From Tubiluchus corallicola (lineage: Eukaryota > Animalia > Priapulida), in NCBI GenBank assembly GCA_030141605.1, contig JAQGDQ010000041.1, forward strand, positions 1-64,000: a stretch of 64,000 bases of DNA. Reading direction: 5' to 3'. Of the stretch, positions 13,398 through 24,441 are shown piece after piece (within the stretch, counting starts at the first letter, position 1; each line of letters begins with the position of its first letter). The translations under genes were made by a program, and so were the position numbers. Below the pieces are notes generated by a model. It saw nothing but the letters and a program-made list of their open reading frames with translations, did not search any database and was not told the origin of the DNA.

Positions 13398-16300
13398 GGG
13401 CTTTCGTAAATTTAGGTCAATATTAAATGTAACGTAATGGGACGATTGCAAGATAAACTTGTTAACAGCATAAACTATCCCATAATCTATGAAAAGCACT
13501 GACTACAAAATTAGCAAACAAAATTCTCTGACCAGCAATTCAGCCTGTCAAATTTCATCTATAAAAACGTATACGATAATTATCCTAAGCGATGCCGGTG
13601 ATAAAGTTTGCGTGAAATAAAATTTGCCACCAGCTTTTATATCTATTAAGTATAAAAGTTAATTTATTGGGGGGGGGGGCTTTAAAACTAGACGATAAAT
13701 AAGACGAAGCGCATATAGAGTCATTTCTGCCGAAATAATCTGCTGCCTATTATAATCATAACATAGCACAAAAATTCACTTGCATGCCAAAAACAATTTA
13801 TAGATAAGGTATAAACAAAGTAAGAAACTTTTAATGGCGAATTGTACTAGTGGCGAACTGTACTACTGTTGAACCGTTCAACTGGCGAACTGCGCTAGTG
13901 GTGAACCGTACCACAGGCAAACTGGACCAGTGGCGAACCGTGCACTGGCGAAGTGTGCACTGGCGAGATGATGTACAATCATTCTGACATAATACTGTAA
14001 ACAAATAAATAAACTTTCCTTCACTGTAAACGGCTGAAAAACCACTACGACCATTAGCACTAGCAGATGTAAACTCGATCTGTACTGGTAGAGTCAAGGT
14101 TAAAGGATCAGGTTGGGTTTGCCATTCTGAATTCAGTTGTAAAGGCATGCCATTGTAAATCCTTACGAAGTCACAGCATGCTGTAACAAAAATCAGCATT
14201 AAAAAGTAATACAAATAAAGTAATAAAAATAATAATTATAGCAGGAACTGTCAAATTGTGTTTGTTGTATTTTTTATATTCTCTTTGTCATGTGGCTGTA
14301 CATAATATTGTTCGATATCTAGCCAATTCAGTTTTTGTTCTTTGTTTAATGATGACCATCCAGTACTGGACATCGAATCCAACAAAGGTTTTTGTTCCCA
14401 AAATACGGAAACAGAGTCTTTGTTCATCAACTATTGTTCGTGGATTGATTAATTGTATTGAAAGAATTCCTGTAGCTTTTTCCAGAATTTCAAGTCGTCG
14501 GAAGATGCAGACTTTGTTGACACTTGTTTTAGCGATTTTAGAAGGTTTCGTCAGTAGAAATCACTTATACTATAGCTTTAGCGTAAACAAAATTTTACAA
14601 ATAATAATCAATTAGTGATCATAGATGAATTAGATTTTTTAATTTCGTTCAGCTCGACTTGTTGTAATAGCATTAATTACTGCAGTAATGCAACGTACAA
14701 TTTATGTCGAATGTTTCAAATATCAGGACAATTTCATTTGTTGCAGGTGCGTCAATATTGTAATAACACTCCATATTGTCCTCATACGAGGCAGGATAAT
14801 GTGGTGAAGTAAACAGTCCATCCATTGTGTTATAAGTGCCTATGCCAGTACATCCACCTATTAAAAATAAGCAAGTGACATTTTTTTTCAAATTATTGTT
14901 CCGGCTCCCTTAACCTGCCACATTGTAACAGACTTCACTCTCTGGCATTTCGAAGTCAAATTGCAGTTTTGTTGCACTGGAATAAAGGTCAAATGGCTCA
15001 GGAAAATGATACAAATGGAAAAGTAGAAGAAATGGCACATAACGTTATTTTGTTGCAGTTGGTTTCTAGAATACGCTCAGTAGGAAGCCGGTCTCGGTCA
15101 AGGTCCTTAAACTCTTAAACATGTTCGGCTGATTCTTTTGATGAAAAAACACAAAACAAAGATAAACAAGCAAACATACAAAAATATATCTGTATATATA
15201 AGTATTATACAGAGTATCAAAGACTCAAAATATTTTGCTCATTAAATAGAATTAGAATCAATCATGTACGAGCATTGTACATAGTGTTTGCCTACATTTT
15301 TAACCATTTGTGGCGATGGTAATAGACTGAGAGATATAGGCAAATACACACTAAGGCGGCTTATAAAGCTATATGCACGCGTAAGCGAAGGTTATAGACA
15401 GTGTACACAGGTTTTCCTCTTCAGAAAGAGCTATGACCATCCCTCTGAATGGCTCATGAAGTGCTTCGTGAACGTTTTTTGTACGTGGTGTTCGCCCATT
15501 TTCACCCCTTCCCCCTATATAGGAATCTGCATCAAAATGCATTTTGCTTGCTCCTTACCTACCTTTTCAACACAGTTTCGTGGAAATCTGTTACGAAGTT
15601 TTTGCGTAATACGCTTACTGCTATATATATAACAGATAAAAAACAACCAATCAAACAAACAAAAGTGGTGGAGATAACTTCCTTGTCAGAAGCAAAAATA
15701 ATTTAAATAATTATCCCACATTTTTCCTATTTTTCCATTTGTGCCCTTTCCCCCCCCCCCCTTGCCATTGTTACGTTACCTTTTACTTTTGCGTTACCTG
15801 TGCTATTAACGTACACCGCTGCACTGCATTTAAAATACCAAAGTAACTGTGGTATTTCTATTTGCCAAATAAATATTTAAAGTATAAGCATTAACATAAC
15901 AAGCTTTCAGTTCACTGACTCATCCTCACCCAACTTCTCAGGTAAGTGAGAATCTGTTGAAAAATTTATTTAATTATCTATATAATTTTATGCAGGCCTA
16001 ATTTAATTAAATTTAATGTATTGAATTTTAACAGATTGATTCCATTAAATGTGATTTATTTTAAGTTACTTCATTTCACTCAGCTGCGCTTCACTTGACT
16101 TAATTTAATTAATTCAAATGTATTTTTATGCAATGCAATAAAATTCAGTTTAGGTCGTATTAACTTACTTCAACTCACTTAAATCGATTTAATATAGACT
16201 TTCTTTTTTACACTTATTTGGTTTAATCAAATTTATTATTTTGCTACTCTTTCCTCTCTCCGTCTCCCACTCTTCTTCCCCTCATCACACTCTCTCTCTC

Positions 16301-16470
16301 TTTCTCTCGTTGCTTCGTCCTCCTTTCTCCTTCTTTTCAAATCTCTCGTTCTCTCACATCCGTCTATTCTCTAAAAACATTTTATTCACAAATTCATTAT
16401 ACATACCGAAGCACTGCAATACGTTTTCTGTTAAGATGACCCCTGCGATCACCAGGTAAACACCAAGCAT
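1751..16470 (-). CDS. Secreted CUB-CUB-(calcium-binding EGF)n protein (cubilin/fibrillin-like modules); 3' end cut by the fold-back
   Basis: All internal exons are phase 1-1. 16470-16407 is the signal peptide (MLGVYLVIAGVILTENVLQCF), followed by candidate micro-exon 15818-15798. CUB1 = 14857-14699 (GLFTSPHYPASYEDNMECYYNI) + 14180-14019 (CCDFVRIYNG...GRSGFSAVY). CUB2 = 10936-10790 (CGG..GTITSPNYPSEYENYLECYYLIDV) + 9077-8892 (YDYLSVFKG...LKFASDYSVVERGYSAEY). Then possible exon 5807-5766, EGF exon 5689-5597, and EGF_CA exons 3898-3773, 3534-3409, 3302-3177, 2843-2718, 2611-2486, 2379-2254 and truncated 1855-1751. Confidence 0.85.
4473..6223. repeat. Right arm of the inverted duplication (the in-gene copy)
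   Basis: Reverse complement of 1-1750. It lies in the normal minus-strand context of the CUB/EGF gene. Confidence 0.97.
6085..6359. mobile_element. MITE-like element with ~80-bp imperfect terminal inverted repeats
   Basis: AAGCAGAACTGATGGGACCAGG...GACTCAGGCTGGAAGAGTTT (from ~6086) is mirrored by AAACTTTTTCAGCCTGAGTC...CCCAGTCCCGACAAGTTCTGCTT (to 6359). Confidence 0.6.
6560..7700 (+). mobile_element. Degenerate piggyBac-like transposase relic (intronic)
   Basis: Frame-broken motifs occur in piggyBac order: FDE (~6566), GIYKKISVDK (~6930, like xxDNFY), CGGT (~7061), LGG (~7266, like MGGVD), RWPFQFNFSLKD (~7333, like RWPxxxFxxLLD) and a Cys/Lys-rich C-terminus (~7590-7665). Many stops and frameshifts. 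Confidence 0.45.
8027..8368. mobile_element. Tc1/mariner (pogo/Tigger-like) non-autonomous element
   Basis: The right end reads TA|CAGTAGGCGCCGCTTATTAGACTCAGTTAATTGACTC on the minus strand, a Tigger-type TIR with a TA target. The left end TA|CAGCAACCCCG is degenerate. Confidence 0.45.
8374..8530. repeat. (CTG)n/(CTA)n microsatellite
   Basis: Directly visible. It generates the poly-Y/poly-L ORFs. Confidence 0.95.
9826..10520 (-). mobile_element. 5'-truncated CR1/L2-clade LINE (end of ORF2 + 3' tail)
   Basis: Minus-strand fragments include AYKAYGRPIKEYCSYAWSP, YPERLKLLGLESL, SDLVMCYNII and NFFSNRVVPIWNSLP, which are typical of the CR1 ORF2 C-terminus. The tail is AATAAACTAAACTAAG at ~9826-9841. 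Frameshifted. Confidence 0.85.
11615..11805 (+). repeat. Minisatellite of GTAC(G/A)GTTCGCCA(C/G)T units
   Basis: cagtggtacagttcgccaccagtacaattcgccagtggtacggtttgccactagtac; the reverse-complement copy is at 13833-13965. Confidence 0.75.
12118..12854. mobile_element. Old hAT-type non-autonomous element
   Basis: Left end CGGGGCCGGTTCTG...TTGCCTAGGGCGCCA; right end TTTGCGTAGAGCG...GTAGAGCCAGCCAG. The flanks TATTTCTG / TCTTTCTT match at 6 of 8 positions, consistent with a decayed 8-bp TSD. Confidence 0.45.
13290..13393. repeat. (CA)n/(CACG)n microsatellite
   Basis: Directly visible. Confidence 0.95.
13833..13965 (-). repeat. Inverted copy of the GTAC-GTTCGCCA minisatellite
   Basis: tggcgaattgtactagtggcgaactgtac...agtggcgaaccgtgcactggcgaa. 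Confidence 0.75.
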
Positions 16471-16604
16471 TTTTCGCTCTCTTCAATTCGAATCATGTAT
16501 TTCATCTAGTCTTAGGTCATACCATTTTAACCCATAATTACAATCTGAACGTACCTAAGCTAGTTGCATTTCCGACGTGAACTTCATCACATATTACAAT
16601 TAGT

Positions 16605-16788
16605 AACCATGCAACTGCAAAGTACTCTTAAATGCAATAGCTAATAATAAAAGAGTTTTCAATATGTTTAATATAACGCCTGCACGGAACTACATTAGCA
16701 ACCATGGAACTGCAAAGTACTCTTAAATGCAATAGCTAATAAAAGAGTTTTCAATATGGTCAATATAACGCCTGCACGGAACTACATT
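16605..16788. repeat. Two-copy ~95-bp tandem duplication just upstream of the CUB/EGF gene
   Basis: AACCATG(C/G)AACTGCAAAGTACTCTTAAATGCAATAGCTAAT...TATAACGCCTGCACGGAACTACATT starts at 16605 and again at 16700. Confidence 0.9.
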
Positions 16789-17482
16789 TATTATTGCATT
16801 GTATTGCAATTTCCGGTAGGTACCTGCAATGCAGTTGTTATTATCACATAATAAAGGTACTACATTGTATTATAGATTCTGGATAAGCATCAGTGATGCA
16901 GTTCTTATTAATCACATAGAAAAGGTATACGTGATAGCTAACAATCACGTGGAACAGGCTAAAGCATTAGATCTCCGCACGTACTCAACAGTAACGATAG
17001 TTGATCAGGAGAGCTCCCCACTTTTTCATATAATTTTTAATCACTCCTGCAAAATACTTTTCTCGCTGTTAAATTTTTTATCGAATAATTATATCATTTT
17101 ATTGATATGTAAAATTGATATCATCAAAAATGATTTTTATGTCCCTTTCAGTATTTTTAATTCTCAATGCAAAAAATATTAATTATTATACGCCAAGCAA
17201 CGCCAGTTAGCGACAATTTTAACTACATTGAGCTTGTTTAGTTTGTTTATTTATTTATTTGTTAAATATGTTGGTGACGTGATGAATGAGCAAGTAATAA
17301 GGGAATAAATAAATTCTTAGACAATACACAGATAAAGTTAATGTAAATAAATAAAATATGATTCTATGAATGAATAAACGAATAAACGATTGAAATGATC
17401 AAACAAATAAAAGATGTATAAACTGATAGTTAAGTAAATAAATAATACAAAGAAATAGACAAACGAAAACACTGCTGATGAC

Positions 17483-17492
17483 AATAATAATA

Positions 17493-17548
<56 letters not shown>

Positions 17549-17598
17549 AATAATAATAATAATAATAATACACAAACAAACACACCCTCCCTGACACA

Positions 17599-17668
<70 letters not shown>
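17483..17668. repeat. Compound microsatellite (ATA)n(ATG)n(ATA)n + (CACG)n(CA)n
   Basis: Directly visible. Confidence 0.95.
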
Positions 17669-17671
<3 letters not shown>

Positions 17672-20500
17672 ATCTCATGTAAACTAAACTTGGTTCATAT
17701 ACACTCTTTCGTTGGAGAATGGTGTTGAGATGTTGACTAGTGATTTTTTATGATTTTCTGTGTTGAATATCAAACTATCCTTTCTTCTGTTCAGCTTACA
17801 GAACTTTCAGAATAGAGCCAGAATATTTTATATGTGGCATGATGGAGCTTAACAGGTTTCCAATTTGGGTTTCTGCAAATACAATAAGTCCTCACTTAAC
17901 AATGCTAATGCATGTTAACAAAGCTATACCTACCACAGAAAGTTATGCGAATGTAAGGAAATGGGTTCTTGGAACAAAACTTATGAATAGCTGAAATATT
18001 TTATTATGTTCCACTTCTTAAACTTTCTGCGCTTGCCTTAATTTTTTAACTTGTTTGAATCATGTTTACAGCAGATTTTCATTCATTAAGAAGACTTTTA
18101 TGACACTGAATCATCTTGAAATGTTTTTTTTATGTGTACTAAACTAAGTAGCAGAAAAATGTTTTTCAGTGTTGTTTCTCCAACTGTAAAAGTGCAGCGT
18201 AAATGACTTAGCAGTGTCACTGCAACTATTAATCCTACACGGACACTTTGCATGTAACTTAGTGATGCATGCAGACATGCACACTGGCCCTGCCATCTGC
18301 CTTTGAATTAATATGAAAATGTCTGCACAGTTACTTATAGGAGTTCTGACTTCTTTATAAAATGTCTATGTAAAAGTAAACTTTCAGTTCTTGATATAAG
18401 ACCTTGGATGGGAAATATGTGTCGTTAAGAAAAAAGATTGTAAAAGTTCCTAGTCAATAAGAAGAGTCAAGCCATTCTTAGGCGACGACTTATTGGTAAC
18501 CTTAAGTTTGTCCAGGAGTGCAGTACAGCTGGATCTAACAAACAAAAAGCAAAAATAAACAAGCAGGGAATTTGCTTATTTACTGTACAGTTTTTAAATA
18601 ATCTTTCTCTAGACTTCTACCTTTCTCTAGATTTTTTCAGGATAATATTAAAGTGCCATCAGGTGACTACATTTTGAAACAGTTATCAATAAATGAATAA
18701 CTGTGCAATGTGCATACTGGCAAAATTAGTCATGTTAAACCATATTTTATGTTAATATTTGGCATGTAGGTAGGCCCTGGCATTTAGATTGTGACTACTA
18801 AAGCAAATTTAATTAAGTTTTCTCCCTAACAACCCATGGTTTCTAAGCAAACAAGTACGTTACCCTTTACATTGAATGTATATAAGTGTATGTCAAAGTG
18901 TATTCATGCTTTTCTAACTAACGTGTACGACTATGCGTACATGCGAGTCTATTATTGCTAGTGCTTGACTGAGTGCTTGGGCATTTTAACAAATGAAGTG
19001 AGCAAAACCCAAACTACTTTGACAAACATCAAACTAGTAGCACTTTATGTTCCTCTGCAACATAAACTATATGAAAATTGTTTGTAGTGTATTAAAAACA
19101 TATATTACTATTACCATAAACATACTGGTTCTGCTTCATTAGACTACAGCGACAAAAACTCAAAAATTTAATAAAATGGTTCATTATTGTGGATGGGATA
19201 TGATAACTTTGCTCTTTCTTGTCTTAATGCTTATACTTTTGTAGATATTAACGAACCATTGTTTGGAAACAGGCTTAATGTGTTTTTTGTAAGTGAGAGT
19301 GGCCCTCATTATTTTTATGTTAATTCTTTTTTTCAGTGGTTTTTGGCCGTTATCATGTACATCTGAATTAATCTTAAAAAACTGCAGTCTTTACATCTGT
19401 TTAAGTGTATTTTTGCTTTTTGTAACATTTTATAGAAGTATTGCCATTTCAGAAGCAGATGCTGCTGGTAATGCAGACTAATAATCTGACTGAATATGTA
19501 ACTATATTTGTCTGTCTATTACTACCGCCAAATGATTAAAGAAATGTAGACAAACACTATGCCGCCGAATATTCGGGAGTTATTGGTTATAATTCTATTT
19601 AACGAACAAAGCATGTTGTGAATCTCTTGCCAGTCTGTATAAACCACTATAGATACGTTTTTGTATGTTTGTTTGTTTTTCTTTCTTTTACATCGTTTTT
19701 TAATAAAAAGAATCAAACGAATAAGTTTTTCCAAGCCTTTCTGTTCAATTGTTAATGTTACATTTCCTGATACAAGCGCATCAATTAATTAGTTAGTTAT
19801 TATTAATACTATTTCTGGAAAGTAGCTGACCTTGACAACTCATAGCACTTTCACTTCCCTTTCGCATCTCAATTCAATAACTACTTGTGCACGTTTCTAA
19901 TGTCGTTAAAGCTGTACAAAATTATAAATTTTAGTTAAAATAAACTATATTAGTTAATATAAACTAACTTATTTTGTTAATATAAATGATGGCAAATATA
20001 CTCAGTCACTCACTTACTTACCTATTATTTAATTATAAAGTGACTGTAAATTTTCATTGCTGTCAAAGTGACTTCATTTTATTTTAAGTGATTGCTAACA
20101 TCTATAATGTGGAACAGAGGTGTAGAAATGTGATAAACAGTATTATAATGATTGTTAAAACGTTAAATTGTAATGGTTAATTTTTAGAATGTTTGTTCAC
20201 CGCGAGAGAAAGACCCACGCTCTACCCCAACACTTCTAGCTCGGGTCTTTGTTCCTCGTACATCAATCGCACTAGTTCAGTGATGGTACAATCCAAAGAG
20301 AGTACCCATTTCAATTTTGCTTTTGCGACTTCATAATTATTGCGATTTCCTTTTATTTTCGAATTTCCTTTTTATTTTGAAACGTCCTCAAAGTAAATTA
20401 GTTTACAGCTTAATTTTGTTGCAACTCGCGATCTGCCATCTAGTTTACGAAAAAGAAACAAGGGAATTTTGACCGTTTTATCATTATTTATTATGGCCGT

Positions 20501-21526
20501 TTAAGCTATTTTATTTTGAATTTTTAAATGCGGTCTAGCATTGACTAAGGGTCCATGATTGATCACGTCCAAGACTGCTCCTCGATTGCATGTAAATCCA
20601 TCCCCATTCAAAAAGTATTGTCCAAATCTCTCTAATCTTGCTAGTTTTTTTGTTACACCAGTTACAAAGTTATTATTAATTATCATCAAAGCTGCACTTG
20701 TGGTTTTAGCTCTCACTTCATCAGATTTGTACCACTGACCACTTTGAATTACAGTTGGCGGCAACATTAGCACCTTGATGTCGCTGTAACCTACATTAAT
20801 CAGTTCAGAGAGCAGTTCTTGGTCAATATCTGTGGTCATCTGATCATTGTCTTGATGTTGCAGTTCTTCTACTTGGTCTCTCATTCGTTTAGTTTTCTCC
20901 TCCCAGAAGTCTTTTGTTCTCTTTGTAGGTTTTAGATAAAGAAAGTTCCCTGCTACTTTTCCTTCTCTGTCCCATGAAGCAATAATGTCCACATTTGAAT
21001 TGTATTTCGGTAACTCCTGTAACGGATTTTTCAACCAAAGGGCGTCAGTTTCAAACAGTAACAATGTAAAGTCACTCTGCAGCGCATTGTTGATCAGCTC
21101 AGTTCTTTTTATCATGAATTTTTCATATCCTACTCGGTTAAACTTCTGCTCAGCCATTAGCTCGTCATCAAGTTTGTACAATATGATGTTCAATTTTGGC
21201 CAGTGAAAACGCATTTTATCATACGCACGTGTATCCGTGGCAACCAAAACAATGCTGTCGAGAATACCCAATGATTCGGCGTTGCATAACCAGTTTAAGG
21301 TCAGTATAACAAATGCATCGTTAACAAGTGTAAACGTGACCACTTTTCCTTGAGCCTGCATGGTGGTGGCAATTTCGTAGAATCCCTCCCAGCCGCCATC
21401 GTCATCGTCTTCCTGGCCAACACTGTAGTTATTTCCACGAAATATTTTCAAGCTGACTAGCGACAAAAGAAATAGAGCTAGCAGAAATTTCACTACCCTG
21501 ACAACCTTCCACTGAACCCTAAACAT
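20501..21526 (-). CDS. Type II membrane nucleotide-diphospho-sugar transferase (Pfam PF03407 / GT77-like glycosyltransferase), 341 aa, single coding exon
   Basis: N-terminal anchor FLLALFLLSLVSL and acidic stem. Family motifs: FTLVNDAFVILTLNWLCN, VLVATD, LLFETDALWLKNP (ExD variant of DxD), GNFLYLKPT..T..FW, DQELL and INNNFVTGVTKKLAR. Candidate 5'UTR intron at 21675-21550. Confidence 0.88.
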   Translation of the reverse strand: MFRVQWKVVRVVKFLLALFLLSLVSLKIFRGNNYSVGQEDDDDGGWEGFYEIATTMQAQGKVVTFTLVNDAFVILTLNWLCNAESLGILDSIVLVATDTRAYDKMRFHWPKLNIILYKLDDELMAEQKFNRVGYEKFMIKRTELINNALQSDFTLLLFETDALWLKNPLQELPKYNSNVDIIASWDREGKVAGNFLYLKPTKRTKDFWEEKTKRMRDQVEELQHQDNDQMTTDIDQELLSELINVGYSDIKVLMLPPTVIQSGQWYKSDEVRAKTTSAALMIINNNFVTGVTKKLARLERFGQYFLNGDGFTCNRGAVLDVINHGPLVNARPHLKIQNKIA

Positions 21527-24441
21527 TTCAGCTTCAAAAGCGTCACATTCTGTTAATCAATTTTTATACTTTAAACAGTGATTTTTGCGATTTTACACGG
21601 CATATACAACGTTCTTTAAAATAACTTCATAACAGAATCTTACAAGCGTTGAACCAGCTTGGATCTACAGCTTACGTATTAAAATTGCAGGTAAGGGAGC
21701 AAAGGCACAAAAGATATCAACGCAGTCACCTTGTTGATGTTGGCTCCAACAGAGCCACGCTTACAACAACAACAAAAAAAAACAGTGTCTCTGATTTGCA
21801 TTTTTACGTCGTATAATGATGTCCACAACTATTCCGCTTTAGAGGAATACTATCATTTCAGAAAAGGCTTTATTTTACTAGATCCATTTCACAGATACGC
21901 CCCGTTCTGTGAACCTGAACATGTTTTGATGCGGAAAGTACATTGACTCCAAGAAGATTATAGCCGCAGTTTCATGTCTCGTCCAGCACTATTACTGGTT
22001 ATCTGTAAACTAACTCCCAGCTAACAACGTTCCCTTATTATAAGCATAACTGGGCGTGCATTTCTGAGATCATTTTTAATCTTTTTTGTTTTTAATCACT
22101 AGTAGTAAGCGTTTTAAAATTAGTCCCTACAGACTCTAATGTTTAAGACACCTCAGGTGTTTCGGAAGATTATATGGTAAACCTACATTAAAAGTCATTT
22201 TGTTTCTTGAAATCAGTAATCATAATAAATTTTGGTAATTTACTGCAGCGGATTAGCATTCATTCATTTATTAGAGTTACCGCAGCCTTCGAATTTCGAG
22301 TTGAAATGGGTTGATTGGGCATTTCTACACGATAGACGACCTAATTATTCTGAAGTGAAACAACTTCGCAATTGTCTAAATACGAAACTTTTTTTGCTCA
22401 TTTTACACGCACGTATGTGATCCAGTTGGGACACATATTTTAAAGGAAAAACCCCGTGAACAAAATGTAACACAACTTATACACACATCTAAAAGAAACT
22501 GGGTCAAATATCAAAACTATATAATCGCATTAATAGATGACTGATTGCATATATTATCTGTAAAAACACGGCAGTTGAAAACTAGGTCAATCAAACTGGA
22601 CTTAGGAAACAGAGAACAACGTGCATGTCTTTTCCAACTGGTTCATCCCGCTAAGAGACAATTCTCCAAGGATAATTTAAGTTCCCTCGTTATTTTGTAT
22701 TTAAATCTATTTTAGACAGAAACACATTTATCTGTTCGATCGTTATTCTGCGAAATGCTAGAAATAAATAAATAAACATGTCTGCATTAAAATATACAAT
22801 CTTTTATTTACAATTGTTCGAAACACATAGTCAGACACATGCATACAGTCCATAAGTAAAAAAATATGCAAAATGACTTTCTAAACTTTTTTTATTGAAA
22901 ATCGTGCAACGAACTTGCAATTTCTGTCTATATTGCGATTTCTATATCTTATAAATGAGTTGCCACAGTGTGTGCTTTGCATTGTAGACAGCAAGCTGGT
23001 TGGAAAGTTAATGGGTGACCACCAAAAAAAAAAAACTGTGCCTAGACTGCTTCATTTTCCAAACTGATTTTTGTTATATTTCTCGACAACAGACGATGTA
23101 CATACTCATCTTAACAGGCTAAGACACAACTGCCTGTTCTGTGCCTCGTGTGAGAAAAGTATCTTGGCATTGTGCTATGTTCCAATCCATCAGGACCACC
23201 ACAATCAACTTGCTCGTATGCTCGATTCTAGCTTTAAATGCGCCAAACGATACAAAAAAGGTAAAAATAAAGGTGGCCAAGCTTCAACGAAAAATATATT
23301 AAAAAAGAATAGTTCACAATTTGCAGCGGGCGTGCGAAGTAGTAACGTCTAAAATGTTACAAATTGAGAGGTCTTCAAGTAAGCTGCCGATCATGGATCA
23401 AAAAATCTTTATTGATAATATGGCGTACCACGAAAAAGACTTAATGCAATGTGAATTTATGTTATGGCAAAAAATAATGAATAATGAATGATGTTTTTAT
23501 AATAATGGTGAAATTAGAATGAATTACTATAGCAAAATCCGAATACGATGAATACTACCTGCATGCAATAAAAACAATAAACATTTCTCTAAAAATACAA
23601 CTGAAAATATCAGCTGCATACGTAGGCCATATCGCGTAACAATATGTCACAAATAATAAAATTATTATTAACTCACGCTTTTCGAAACTGAATAGCAATT
23701 TTTTGCGCAAAATATATCACCGATAGACAGTTATCATAGTCAGCTTCGGTTCTTTTCAGTATGTCAAACATTAACAATTTCTAACTGATCACCAAGAGAC
23801 TTCTGTAGCAACAATCCAACTTGTCGCAAACCAATTAGAATACATGTATTACACGCACGCACGCACGCACGCGCGCGTACACACACGTTTTTAAATAACG
23901 CAATAATGAAACTGTGAGACTATAATAAGCTTGTCAGGCTTCTTGCTATTTCAGTTGTAATCAGTTAAGATTAAATATTAGAAATAATAGAAACAACCAC
24001 TTTAGTGGAAACAGGTCGGGTAAATCTTTCCAGTGTGAATAAGCTAAGTAAAGCGTTTCGTTGTGCAATGCGCATAGAATTAATAAAATAAATGAAAAGG
24101 CCATCACAACGCGAAAACCTGCATAAACCTCATAATATGAGGATTGAGTAAATCAGCTGTATGTTGCAGGGTGAGTGAACAATCTCAGTGTTTCAACACG
24201 AAAGTAGTTATTTTTATGTGAAAATGTTAAAGTGGCTAACTAAACAGGAATGAGCTGAGTAAACCGTTTTAGTGTGAATAAAATAAGGAATGTTTTACAG
24301 TGACTATTCTACGTATGTCATTGAGAATAGACCGAATAGACGATTCTATGTAAATAGGCTGATTAAATCATCTCACTCTCACTACGCATAAACTGAGCAA
24401 ACCGTTTCAGCGTGAACATTAATTCATATTTTTATTCATCA

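Noticed and set aside
20199-20330. SECIS element, U3/U17 snoRNA or hammerhead ribozyme
   Set aside because: There is no AUGA/GA quartet or in-frame UGA in the adjacent CDS, the snoRNA boxes are incomplete or out of order, and there is no CUGAUGA/GAAA core.
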